A DNA stretch of 64,000 nucleotides. Origin: Camelus dromedarius (taxonomy: Eukaryota). The translations under genes were made by a program, and so were the position numbers. Below, one piece after another: positions 1 through 12,285 of the stretch. The stretch spans positions 33,234,001 through 33,298,000 of the forward strand of contig NC_087436.1 of the NCBI RefSeq assembly GCF_036321535.1. Direction: 5' to 3'. The stretch's first letter is position 1; each line of letters opens with the position of its first letter. The notes beneath the pieces were generated by a model. That model saw only the letters and a program-made list of their open reading frames with translations, was not told the DNA's origin and did no database searches.

Positions 1-54
1 TGTGTTTTAATGAAGATATGTATTTCTAACTTGGTTTCAATATTTTTTTTTCAG

Positions 55-87
55 ATTGAGTTGTCTGACAGTAGTTTAAGTTCATGA
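55..87 (+). other. Candidate terminal (or non-coding) exon start; phase-0 reading IELSDSSLSS*
   Basis: Branch-point-like TTCTAAC (24-30), no AG in between, T-tract, then CAG (52-54). ATT GAG TTG TCT GAC AGT AGT TTA AGT TCA TGA follows, then AT-rich UTR-like sequence. Upstream exons would lie outside the window and the gene is not recognised. Confidence 0.35.
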
Positions 88-329
88 TCTGTTTTTATAT
101 TTAACATACTATGTAAGAAATGCTAACCATTGCACCTTTAGTTCAAACGTGTTTTTTAAAGTGTATTTTCAGAAGTCCTATATTTCTAAACTTTAAAGCC
201 TTGTTGGCCATATTATTCATATGAATTAAGAGATGCAAATGGAATTTAAAATAATATTAATTGAAGAATCAATTTAAAAAATACTGCTGATACATGCAAA
301 AGCATGGGTGAATCTCACTCTAATGTACT

Positions 330-1220
330 ATCTATTATGAAGATAACTATAGAATTTGGACAAAAAATTTTTAAAGCTTAAAAGCTCTGGAGAGTGAACA
401 AAAACAAGGGAGGCAAACTGAAACTTGGCAGGAGACACTGGCATAGCATTTTTGGAGCTTTAAGCTGCAGGTGGCCTGTGTCATGCAGTATCATGGGTTG
501 TCAAAATCACTAATAGAAACATACTAACTTTTTGGCCAGAGGAGAATCTGTGTGAAGCAGTCATCACTAGAAAATGAGGGTGGAATCCTGGAAAGATAGG
601 ATCACAAAAGGAGTTCCCCAATTTTTGGTCTGTAAACTTTGCCCAACTCTCTTGGACAACCATGGATACAAAGAACTGATTCAGTATAGCTTTCAGCTAA
701 GGCTAAAACACCTGAACTGAAATTTGAATTACCACTCATATGGAGAAAAGGCTTTGCAATTTAAGACTAACTTAGTTAAGTACCTGCTGAAATATAAACA
801 TCAATATCCTTCAAAAAATATAATAGAATTCAGTCTACACACAGAATATTGATAAGTCCAGGATACACTCCAAAAGTAATAACATTCAAAGAACCAGGAA
901 AATATAATCCAAAGAGGCCAACTCCAAGATATACCCAGAGTTGGAATTGTTGGAGGAAGGCTTTAAATCTGGTATTATAAGTATGCTTAAGATGGTCGAG
1001 GAAAAAAAGTACATTCAGAATGATGAAAAGATAGGAAATAGCAGAGAAACTGATAATATAAAAAGAAACCAAACGAAAATTCAGAACAAAAGATACAATA
1101 TTTAAAATAAATATTTTAAGGGATGGTCTTAAAATTAACGTGGGGATGACAAAGATAAGTGCACTTGAAGATAGCTCATTAAAAATGATCCCATCTAAGG
1201 AAAAGAAAAAAAAAATGAAA
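330..1220 (+). mobile_element. Ancient L1 (L1M-type) 5' region and decayed ORF1 fragment
   Basis: A-rich sense strand with L1 ORF1-like phrases (aaaagaaaccaaacgaaaattcagaac; ataagtgcacttgaagatag); frames are broken. Confidence 0.7.
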
Positions 1221-1444
1221 ACCTTCCTTTATTTAGAATTTATGTGTAGTTTTTTTTTCTCAAATGATAATTTAATTTTTGTATTTGGAAACCCTAAGCT
1301 CAAGCTTGTTCTCTTATTTAAGGTAAGTACTTTACTAACAATTTCCTCTTTGAAACACAATACTGCAGGACTTGAGAGGTACAAGCACACAGGTGATAGA
1401 GCAAAAATTGAAACCAAATAATCCTGAAAGTAGTTAAATCTTAG

Positions 1445-1447
<3 letters not shown>

Positions 1448-1481
<34 letters not shown>
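1448..1481. repeat. Poly(T) tract, 34 nt
   Basis: Uninterrupted T run read directly. Confidence 0.95.
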
Positions 1482-1482
<1 letters not shown>

Positions 1483-3411
1483 GCTATTTCTATATCAGGG
1501 TATAATACCATTTCCCCATAATATAATCATTATGGAAATGTAACCATATGTAAATGTTTCCTGTCTACATTTTTACAACATGTGAATTTTAGTCTACCAT
1601 GAGTAAATAATATGAATTATAAGTGCAATTATAAGTGTAATTCTTTCTTTGGTATTTTTCATGAATTTGTCACTGTCCACCCCCTTCTTGGTACATTTGG
1701 GAATAGGAGGAATATGGCAGGTGAATATTGCCATAGAATTGTAGATAAAATTTCATGTAGCATAAAATACTTATAATTTATATATAAACAATCAAACCAA
1801 TAGGGTATATGAAAATACAGAATTCTTGTGCGATACCCATTAACTTCATTTGCAACTATTAGAACTAGGCTTCAGTGTGAGAAAGTTTGATTGCAGTAAT
1901 TGCAGCTTCATGACTTTTCTGGTGTACCTTGAACGTGTGGAGTTTTGAAGACCTTGGTGAAACTACCGTCTCTTCTTTCAGCCTAGAACTGGCCTAGTTC
2001 GGTCACTTTCTCTGTAGTCTCCTTATCTATACACTTTCTTCTTTCTTCACAGCAATTGGCCATATAGTGATTTTTGTCTCTCCCTGAGTTGGACACATAG
2101 GCAAATCAGTTTATGATACCACTAAAAGTAAGGCAGTTACATTTTAGTAATGCTTAGTATGCTATCCTGTATTACTCCTACTCCTTCGTTTTCCTTTCCT
2201 AACCCAGTAATCATTTGCTACTCCTACTAAGCTCTGCTATAGTCCCTCAGCTCCTTTTAGTTTGGTTTCACCACTTCCATATTCCATTGATAGGTTATAA
2301 TCACATTATCAGAGTCTTTTACATTGGAAATAATTAGCAAGCGGAAACTGGGGCTTAAAAATACAAAGGAAGTGGTAGAAGAGTAAAGGGTTATTGGGAA
2401 GAAAGCCTTATGAAATATAATGAAAAACAAAGGAGCCTAAGTTCCAGTGTGTGATACAGGAAGGAACTGAAGCATTTCTAAATGTGATTCATAAAGGCAA
2501 AGACTAAGGGATTGAAAGAAGGATGCCAGGAATTAAGAAAGTGAGAGGTGGGAATCAGCAACCTCTGAATCAAAAAGTATAAGAAAGGTGTTGAATATTT
2601 AAATGCAAGTTCATATACTCCAAAAAATACTTCCTAAGGTATATATTATCTGGAACAGAGCAAAATGAATTTTTAGGCATAACCCTGAAATTTCTAAGGG
2701 AAAAGTCCAGAGAACTTTGCAGGAGCAATGGAAGGTAAAGGAAATTATGAGTCTATCATCACACTTAAGTCGTTACTTTTGATATTATGTAGCATGCTAC
2801 CTAACTCTGTTTTGTATTTGATGTAAAATTTTATGACAGCTTTTTATATTTTCATATCTACCTCAAAGACCCAGCTTTATAGTCCACTAAAAATGTTGAA
2901 ATCCTTGGTTATGCATTCCCATTAACAGTAATTGATTATCTACAAAAATATTTTTATTGGTAAAGAATTCTCTCAGTTTTTTCAAATACAGTTTTTTCAT
3001 AATTTAGCAAAATAGACCCACGAGCAAAAACATAAATGACCTTTCTTCTAATTTTGTTGGATTTCCTTTTTTAAAAATTTTTTTTCCAGGAGACCTAGCT
3101 ATTCTTGGATGCAATAATTTTATTTCTTCTCATCAGAAATTCTGTCTTTAACTAATCCTTACTTTTATCATCCCTATCTAATTTCTTTTCCCCTCCTTTC
3201 TCTTCCATTTATGGTTGTGTGCACATGCATACCACACTACGTCATTATCATCACCATCACCATCAATAATAGCATAAACAAAACACCAGGGCTCTAAGAA
3301 ATATTTCTAAACAATATATACAGGGAGCCTGGACATTGGAGGTACATAATAAATGTTGGATAATAAATAAACAATTTGTCATTCTTCTAGGTAATCTATC
3401 AATAACCGTCC

Positions 3412-3582
3412 AACTTGGATTTACTTAAACTTCTTGGAGCTTTATTCCTTTATCTATAAAATTGTACAAATTGTCCTTTTTTACTGCTAAATCACAAGGG
3501 TGTTGTGATGACCAAATAAAATAGTGAGAAACATTTTGAAAATTGTCCAGTGTTACATAAAACTTGGTGTTATCATTATTAT
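3412..3582 (+). mobile_element. MIR SINE fragment
   Basis: MIR core-like acttaaacttcttggagc...cctttatctataaaatt...agggtgttgtgatgaccaaata, ending ttatcattatt. Confidence 0.6.
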
Positions 3583-4869
3583 AAAAAAACATTTTTAATT
3601 CTGCTCATTGTAGGCCCATATTGTCTCAGTGGGTCATAGTTTGCCTAATTTGAAAACAATACCAATAAATTATATTTTTGATTCCCAATGACTTCTTATC
3701 TACAGTGATTTAAATGGAAAGTTTTAAAATTTAAAGAGAAAAATTGTTTGAAATAAAAGATATTCTTTATAACAAGAATTTTAGAGTAACACAGAAAGCT
3801 TTGTGGTAAACAAAATAATTTTTCGTTATACAGCTCAACTGATTAGAAAATCAATTTCTAACAATAGTTTTAAAACTTTATTTTACATATATCTGTAACA
3901 GCAAAAAACAAGAATTGTGGTCAATAGCAATTTCATTCCACATTGTATTATCTCTTCTATTTAAGAGCAGTTTTCTAGATGAGTGGTGCTTGTAAAACTT
4001 AGACTAAATTGCAAAAAGGAAATCAAGGGAAATAGGAGGAAAATGGAAAATTTGGTCAAAGATACTACTGACTAAACTTCAAGTTTGTTGAGGTTCTTAG
4101 TCCTGGATTAACAAAGCAGACTTTTCTATCCTTGGATGGTAAAGTGAAAAATACTAATATTTTCTATAAATAGCAGGATTGGAATTTAAAGCAGTCCATC
4201 TGGATTATTATTTCATTTTCAATAGCATAAAGTTTGTTATTGCTGAGAATATTTGATTTTTTTTCTGGTGACAAATATAAAGTATAGATGATTGACTGTG
4301 ACTTAACTAATAGTCATAAAACTCTCCATTTTAAAACTATTCATGTGTACAATTCTCCTTTGTAAATTATCTGTGATATTTATTTTAAAAGAACAGAATA
4401 TATTTTTAAGGAGTATTCTTTTAAACTTTACCATTTTTGTACTATTTTACATACAACTAGAATGTTCTCAATCTAAAAGCATGAAAATTATTGAGCATTT
4501 TAAATGAAATCTGTTGCTTATTTCATATTAAAAAAAAAAAAAAAAAACTCCCTAGATTCCTATCTGAAGACCTCAAGGGTTTCTACAAAGGAATGTGTGC
4601 CATTTCCAAATTCACAAAAAAAGAGATTAAAATAAACTGTCTTTCTGTTTTTCATTACAACTTATGCCATGTAAGGAGACATATTCATTATTCCAGAAAG
4701 TAATACAACTGTAAGAATGTCATTGCAAAATCTATTACAGGAAATATTAAATGCCACATGATCACACTCTCCTCTGACCATCCTATCTCTTTGGTGTTCT
4801 CGGTACTATGGGAAGTCTGTATTTTAAGCTTTGGTTTTCCATATAGGATTTCCTAAACCTTACGTTATC

Positions 4870-5440
4870 CAGACTGACAATCTTGACCTTTTATTTGGAC
4901 TACTTCTTCTGTTTACATTTGAAATATTTGTGTTTAAACCTACCATATAATTATTTGTTTTCTATTTGTCCCACCTGATCTATATAGTCTTTTCTGTCTT
5001 TTTTTCCCCTTCTTTTTGGATTAAGTATTATCATTTCATTCCTTCCCCTTTATCTAGATTAGCATTACATTCTCTAGATATTTTTTTCTGTGGTTACCAA
5101 TCAATATAGAAGAAATATCCTTAACATATATAAATTAAGGATGTTACCACTTTCTGGGACAATGAAAGGACTTTGGAATACTTGAAATCCATTTTCACCT
5201 GCCTTTTGTGTCATTCTTTTCAGATATTTTAATTCTCTCTAATATTTCAAGCACCCCACCTTATCTTGTCTAATGTGATCAGTATTCATTTATAATTACC
5301 AAATAGTTACCCATTTGTTGTTTTACACTTTCTTCATCTCTGTGATTCCTAATGTGATTTATTTTTCTTCTAATCAAAGAACTTCTTTTAATATTTATCT
5401 GCTGATACTGAGTCCTCTCACATTGTTTTTTGTTGTTGTT
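4870..5440 (-). mobile_element. Ancient L1 fragment
   Basis: T-rich antisense L1 phrases (atccagactgacaatc...tttgttttctatttgtccc; aaagaacttcttttaatattt). Confidence 0.55.
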
Positions 5441-5454
5441 ATTCTAAAGTATTT

Positions 5455-6410
5455 TTCCTTCCTAATATCTTCTCCATCTTTTATTTCAAAAATATTCAAA
5501 AGTCAGAAAATTTGAAACAACAGTAATCTAAAATACATCTTTCAACTAGGCTGATCTATTTCTAACATTTTGCCCCGTTTGCTCTCCTTTAGTGATCCAT
5601 GTCTGTCTATCTGTCTCTGTCTCTGTCTCTGTCTCTGTTTCTGTCTCTCTCTCTCTCTCTCATCTCTGCTTTTGTACTTGCTGCTAAACCATTTGAAAGT
5701 AATTTTCAGATACTATGATATTTTGCTTCAAATATTTCAGCCTCCATATTCTAAGAACAAGGACATTCTATGTAACTACAGCATTAGTAAATATAAAATA
5801 TTAATTCAATGTTTATCATTGATTCAGTAATATGATTTCAAATATAATCTATACTGTAACTTTTGCAATTTTTCCAAGAATAGTCTATTTGAAATGTAAT
5901 CACAGTTGATACATTGCATTTGTTTTTCATGTCCCTAGTTTTCTTTAGTTTGGAACAGTGATCCACCTTTTTTTTATGTCTTTTGTGAACTTGCCATTAA
6001 AAAAAGTTAAGAGTTTTTATAAAAAGTCTTATGCTTTAGACTTGATGAATTGTATCCTAATAATTAGATTCAGGTTAAAGAGTTTTGTGAAGAATTTTCA
6101 TATATGATGCTCTGTACTTTCTGTTTTATCACATCAACATTAGTTTATTCCATTTTTTGTGCTGCTGTTTTACTACTTGATTAAAGTAGTACCTGTCAGC
6201 TCTTTTAATTGGTAAAGTAACTCATTAAGCTATCTGTAAGATGATACATTGCAATTGCATTCTGTTCCCCACGATGACTCTTGCTTAAAGTCATTCTTAA
6301 CATTTCTGTCTTTTAATAGATTCATGGATTTTTAAAAATACGTTATCATGTATTATTGTTAGTATTCTTTTCTAATGCTCAAAAATGCTCCATATTTGGC
6401 CAGGGAAATA
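5455..6410 (-). mobile_element. L1MC-type 3' end fragment
   Basis: ttttatttcaaaaatattcaaaagtcagaaaa...ctaaaccatttgaaagtaattttcagata...ctaagaacaaggacattct...aattagattcaggttaaa resemble an antisense L1MC4/5 3' UTR. Confidence 0.65.
5601..5668. repeat. (CTGTCT)n/(CT)n microsatellite
   Basis: ctgtctctgtctctgtctctgtctctg followed by a (ct)n run. Confidence 0.9.
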
Positions 6411-6484
6411 ATGGATTACAGAATATATATGTATATATAGATATCTGTATCCTCATTTTGAAGATATACTTGCTATTTTAATAA

Positions 6485-6835
6485 AGGCTTGGTGACTTTT
6501 ACATTTTTCTAATATTAAGGATTCTGATAGGTGTGTGAAAGTATCTTGCTGTACATTTAATGTGCATATCTCTGATGGGTAATGTTTTAATATATTTTAA
6601 TATTAGCATATTTTAATATGTAACAGATCAATTTGGATATTCCATTTTGTAAAAGGACTTTTCAGGTCTTTTGTACACTTTTCTATTGTCTTTTTTTCTT
6701 ATTGATTTGTAGGAATCCTTATATATTCTGGATGTGAGTCTTTTGTCACATATACACATTGCAACTATCTTCTATTCTTTGGTTTGGGTTTTTTTATTCT
6801 CTGAATTGTGTCTTGATAAATAAAAATTTCTAAAT
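6485..6835 (-). mobile_element. Ancient L1 (L1ME-like) ORF2 3' fragment, antisense
   Basis: attctgataggtgtgtgaaagtatctt; ttcttattgatttgtaggaatccttatatattctggat match antisense L1 ORF2 3' phrases. Confidence 0.7.
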
Positions 6836-7040
6836 GCCAGGGTTAGCTGAATATAGAGCAAACAGGGCTCTCTTCATTGCTGGTGAGAGTGTAAATTTAT
6901 TCAACCATTTTTGAAAACTTTGGCACTATTTACCAAAAGGAAGATATAAATACTCTGTGACACATCATTCTAATTCTAGGTATAAACTCTAGAGAAATGC
7001 ATATGTATTTTTACCAAGGGGCATATGAAAACTGTTTAGA
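6836..7040 (+). mobile_element. Ancient L1 (L1ME-like) ORF2 3' fragment, sense
   Basis: gagcaaacagggctctcttcattgctggtgagagtgtaaat...caaccatttttgaaaac...ctaggtataaactctagagaaatg. Confidence 0.7.
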
Positions 7041-8859
7041 CTGGCCCATAATGTCAGCCTCACTTCTCTGAGCTTTCCTTTTTTTTCTTACAATCCTGGC
7101 TCCTCAAATTTCTTCTACATTAGTAGTGATCCAATACTTCCAACCCGATTTAACATATTTTTCAGCCTTTCTAGTTACTTTTGGCAGAGGATTAGTCTGC
7201 AACACACCACCCGGCCATTATCAGAAGCAGAAATCTTAAAGTAATATTATGTATGTTTTTTCACGTATCTAGTCCTAAATGATTAAATGAGATCATTAAC
7301 TTAGGATGAGAAATTAAGCTGCTTTCATTGTTGCTGGTCTACAGATATAAATGTACGGTCTCTGAGTTCTGACAATTTATATGTGCCTTTTGTATAATAT
7401 CAGCATTAGTGAAAAACTGGGTGGTCAGGATTTGTAGCTTTCTCAGAGATTCCAAGTCAGTTCCTATCCAGTCTGCTTCTTTTACAGCAGTCACTTAACG
7501 GTAGGTTTGTGATCCCCGAGAGTGTTACTGCTGTTGTGTCCCCACTATTTGGGCAGCGCAGGGCTCTGCCTTAAATGCAGTAACTGTGGTCTCATTGTTC
7601 CATGTCTAGATAGCTGTGTTGACCATTTCTCCATGTGATATCACACAGGCCATTTCAAATAGGTTTTTTAGCATAGTTATTCTCAGAATACTGATATTAA
7701 TTAATAAATGTAACAAGGAACTAGTATTATAATTATTACCAAAAATATTCATTGGTTGAACACATCAGATTGAAGTTTCTAGGAGAAATAGATATAAGCA
7801 TTCTTCTTCCCTTAGAACATTGTCATCTCTGGAGATTTAAAATCTAGAGTTCTTACATTTTTCTAGTTTTTATAATCTGCTGATTTGCTTTGAGAAGAAA
7901 ATTTGGGGATTTCCCCAGTGTACCTTTTAAATTGTAAAAAGTTGAAGTCAGTGAATAGGACTGGACCAAGTAAGAAAAGCAAACATCAAATACTGCAGAA
8001 ATGAACCTTGCCAAGAGATGGTCTGGATGACCTAATGCAGGGCTTTGCCATCACTAACACCTAAGACTTGAGGGACTTTAAGATTAACTGCATTGGAGCC
8101 GAGATATAAACTGTTCTCACTGGAATTTCTTATATCTGGTGAGGTATAAGGTCACAGAGTTACTTCATCAAGTAGTGCTTTACAAAGGGAAGGAGGAGAG
8201 TTGCAGTGTAGGCCAACAATGATCTAAAATAAAGGCTACTCAGTGTGTACCTCTAGGAAGACCTGCTACATTAAAACTTAGGTACAAATAAATTCAGCAA
8301 ATTCTCTGTTCTTCTCTTTGGTACAATAGAGTGTGCTAAAATGTAGTTGTAACTCAGTTAGCAAAACTAGGGTAATATATACTCTCAGATATGGCTGATT
8401 GTACAACCCAACAAATGTCAGTTTGACAATCAAATAACCTACCTCCTATAACAACTGGACATTATGTGGCATGAGACATAATGCTATTGACCATTGGCTC
8501 TGTTTTCAGGTGGGAGTGGATTAAATGCTCTTATCATCTACACGAGGAATAGGGTGAGGTTAAGAATGGAAAGTCTGTTGGTCATGTGGGTCTGTTACAT
8601 TGCAATGTACGTGCATGATTTTTGTAGTAATTATTTTGTTTCCCACATGTATAAAACAATTACACGGAAACACTTTTTTCTTGCTTTCGTTTATATTTGC
8701 TAACTGAACGAGTGAATTAAAAATACTGGTTTTCATTAACTTCTAAAAACACAACTCTGTATTTTATATAGCTTAATTTTTGAACCCAATTATGCTGTTA
8801 CAGGAGTTCCCTGTGTTTGAAAACAAAATGAGACATGTATTTATATAGTCAAAAATTTT

Positions 8860-9300
8860 ATCTTTTGGAATTTAATCTACAGATATTCTTATCTACTCTG
8901 AAAAATGACAATTATAAAAAGTTATTCATTGAAACTTTATTGATAATAGAAAAATATTAGAAAATGTACAACTGTCCAGCAGAAATTCATTGATTAAATA
9001 TGTTATGGTAAATGTGAGATACAACTAGAAAAAGGGAGATTATTATGTACTGAGAACTATCTATCTTACAATGTTTATACCATGCTCCCTATGTATACTA
9101 AGCATTCTATATGTGGATCTGTTCATTTATGTATAGAAAAGCTATGGAAGGAGAACCCGAAACTCAGCCTAGTGACTTCCCATGGACGTGGGAACAAAGG
9201 TCCTGTGGTACAAGGACAGAAGAGAGGCTTTGCATACCATCTTATACTTTCTTTTCGAATCATGAAAATACAACACTGATTCAAAAACTAATATTTTAAT
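8860..9300 (+). mobile_element. L1ME-like 3' fragment
   Basis: ggaatttaatctacagatattc...ttattcattgaaactttattgataatagaaaaatattagaaa resemble the L1 ORF2 end and 3' UTR. Confidence 0.5.
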
Positions 9301-10094
9301 TGTAGTCACAAGGGGAGGGCCAACTATTATTTGTGAATAAGAAATCTACCAGCAACATTTAGACTGATTTTGAGTTGTGCCAAACTGTTACGGTTCTTTT
9401 TCACTCTTTCCTAGTTGATGGATTTCATGGATTATCTGTCTTTCCTGAGGATATATTCAAAGCTCAGGAATCACAGTGCTGACAGAATCCCATACATTAG
9501 GAAGATCAAATTCTCTGCTTTTTCTTTACCAGTACAGGCATAGTTAGAACACTGCATTTTCGACAGTCTGTCTTTAGTGTAGTACCAATGATATATTGGA
9601 GGACAGCATTGTACATGTTTTTGCATCATGAAATAAAGAACAAAGTTAGCTATGATCCTTCACATTACATTTTTGCAATCATGGAGCACCTCTTAGTTCG
9701 GCTTCTGTCCCTTCTCTTCTCCAGTTTCCTAATGTGATAAGCTAATTTTAAAATGTTGGTTTATTTCTTGTCCCTGTATTTCATGAATGTTGATATAGTC
9801 ATTTATATTATACATATATATGTGTAAACCTTGTCTACATGAATATATTCTTCATACAAACTTACAGTGATATAGTAGGATGTTAAAAATACATTTGGTA
9901 TAATGGCATATAAATGAGTGTTATTTCTGCTAAACTAGTCCATCTCGGGAGATTTACATATAATTATGATCATTCCTTATTACATACCTATAGAATTATC
10001 CTTAGAGAAACTTTATGAGACTCTTTTAAGAATGAAGGTTAGCATGTTACAGTCACACACATTTTCATAATCAAAATAGTGTTATTCAGCTGAT

Positions 10095-10398
10095 GACTGA
10101 CTTCATTTGCTAGGGTCATCATCACAAAGTACCATTCACTTCGGGGCTTAAACAACAGAAATTGTTCTCTCACAGTTCTGGAGACTAGAAGTCCAGATCT
10201 AGATGTTGTCAGGGTAGGTGTCTTCTGAGGTTTCTCTCCTTGTTTGTAGGTGGCTGCCTCCTTCACCTTTGACATGGTCTTCCCTTTCTGTGTGTCAGTG
10301 GCCAAACCTCCACTTCTTATAAGTCCACCTGAATGACCTCAATTAATTACTTCTTTGGAGACTTCATCTTCCAATACAGTCATATTTTGAGATACTGA
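10095..10398 (-). mobile_element. MLT1 (ERVL-MaLR) solo LTR, MLT1A/B/C-like
   Basis: tttgctagggtcatcatcacaaagtacca...ggcttaaacaacagaaattgttctctcacagttctggagactagaagtccagatc...ccaatacagtcatattttgagatactg. Confidence 0.85.
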
Positions 10399-12159
10399 AC
10401 AGCCCCAGATGTGCTGAATGCCAGCTCTACTGCAGGCAGAAAATGAGGAAGGAATAGCTTTGGCTTTCATTCCACTTTCAAAATCTTACTTTCTCCTCAC
10501 AAGCTGAACGTAAGTCAGTGCTCTTCCAGCAAGGGCTGCCTAATAAATGTGTATCCAGGGGGTACAGACCTGTGATTCAGGGGAGACCAAATCAGGCAGC
10601 AAGTAATTCTGAACAACAGACAACTTGGCGAGCTTCAGTATGTTAATTAATAATTAAATCATTACACTATCACAACAATTTATAGTCACATTTTGAGAGA
10701 AAAAAATAGCACACTGGACCTAATTTTGCCATTTCAATTTATCCAATATGCATAATTCATTTGAAATCTATAGGATACTTGACTGCATTCATCAGATGTT
10801 TTAAAACAAATGATGTTTTAAAAGAATTTAGTGAAGACTGAAAGATTTATTTCAAAAATTGATGCTATGTGTGTTTGAATTTTCCTCAATTATTGTTGCT
10901 TTTATCACTGACTATTGGAATTAAAGCTTTAAGAAAATAACTCTGAGCACTTGTTCAGATTTTTATCCAGTCACTAAGAATACAGTAGAGAATATTATTT
11001 TTTAAACTACTTGTTTACTAGGAATCAGAATAACTTCTGAATATTATAAATAGAATATGTTCTTCATTTTGCTTTCTTTTAGGTTGTAATACATCTTTAC
11101 TCCATCTGTTCTCTTCATTTACTGTTGAAAGTAATTCTGGATATTTTTATTCAAATATTTATCCTTTATTTACTTTCCATGATTTCAACAAAGTATATTA
11201 TCAAAAAAAGATAAACCAAGAAACCAGTCTTCTCTTCCAGAAGAAGAAACTTCTGCTTGTGTAACTTTAAAGTCTAGTGGGCCTGGAGGGTTAGTGGGAA
11301 GAGCAGAAAAAAAGGATTTGAGAACAAAATATGATTGATTTCTCTTAAGATTTTTTCCAACTTTCATTGTCCAATTTTCCATACTTCTGTTTCATCTTAC
11401 CTGCCAGGATGTCTGCTGCTGGGAGGATGGAAAAAAGCAGAACACAGGTAGAAGTATACAAGCTGATAATTTGAAAGCTTTTAAATGATGTGACTAATAA
11501 TGGAAATTTCTGTTAGCCTGAAATCTTTGCCTGATTCTGTAATTCTGTGCTGTATTTAGCTGAGTAGGCGTGAAGAATATTATATATGCCCAGTGAAATG
11601 TCCCAGCTCCCAGAGCACATGCTACTTTAGATGAATATAGTGTACAAGGATATTGCCAAGTGTACTCGAAAATGGCAAAAGAATGGTTCCAAGACAGATG
11701 CATCTATCTCAATTGAATTAATTAACTAATTAATTAATTAATGTGACCAAGTGGGGATGTAGAGACCTGAAGCCCATTGGCGCTGACCAAGGGGAAAATA
11801 AATATATCCAGGCACCTTTCTTTTCTTTCTTTTCTTTTCTCTCTTTTTTTTTTTTTTAAGTGTCCCCTGAATTGCTTTGGTTTGTGTTCTGGAAAAGTTG
11901 ATCCTGACAATTTTTGCCCATTAAAAAAAATTACCTTATGGAGAGGCAGAATTTTCAATTCCTATTCTGCAGTTTTTGCTGATACGCTGACATCATTGTA
12001 TACTAATTTTTATTAAGGAAAGTCTTTACCTTTGTTATTGCTCAACAAATTGATGGTCTTATTTTCTTACTTTTTTGTTAGTTGATGAAGTTTCTTTTTG
12101 GCAGTCTATTGTATTATTAGCTATTCTGATGATAAGCTTTATAAATGTGTTTGTCAAAC

Positions 12160-12285
12160 CTCTATTTATTCACCAAACGTTAGCTGAATGCATGCTATAT
12201 GTGAGACAAATATCTTACTAGACACAGGATATACAGCTAAGTAACTCAAAGTCTAGTGGGGCAAACAAATATATAAATAGTATGA
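12160..12285 (-). mobile_element. L2 3' end fragment
   Basis: tatttattcaccaaacgttagctgaatgcatgctatatgtg...aaagtctagtggggcaaacaaa. Confidence 0.5.

Noticed and set aside
1318..1328. Perfect donor AAG|gtaagt
   Set aside because: No convincing upstream acceptor or coding frame; isolated donors are expected by chance in 64 kb.
7900..8560. Possible L3/CR1 remnant
   Set aside because: The similarity is too weak to support by eye.
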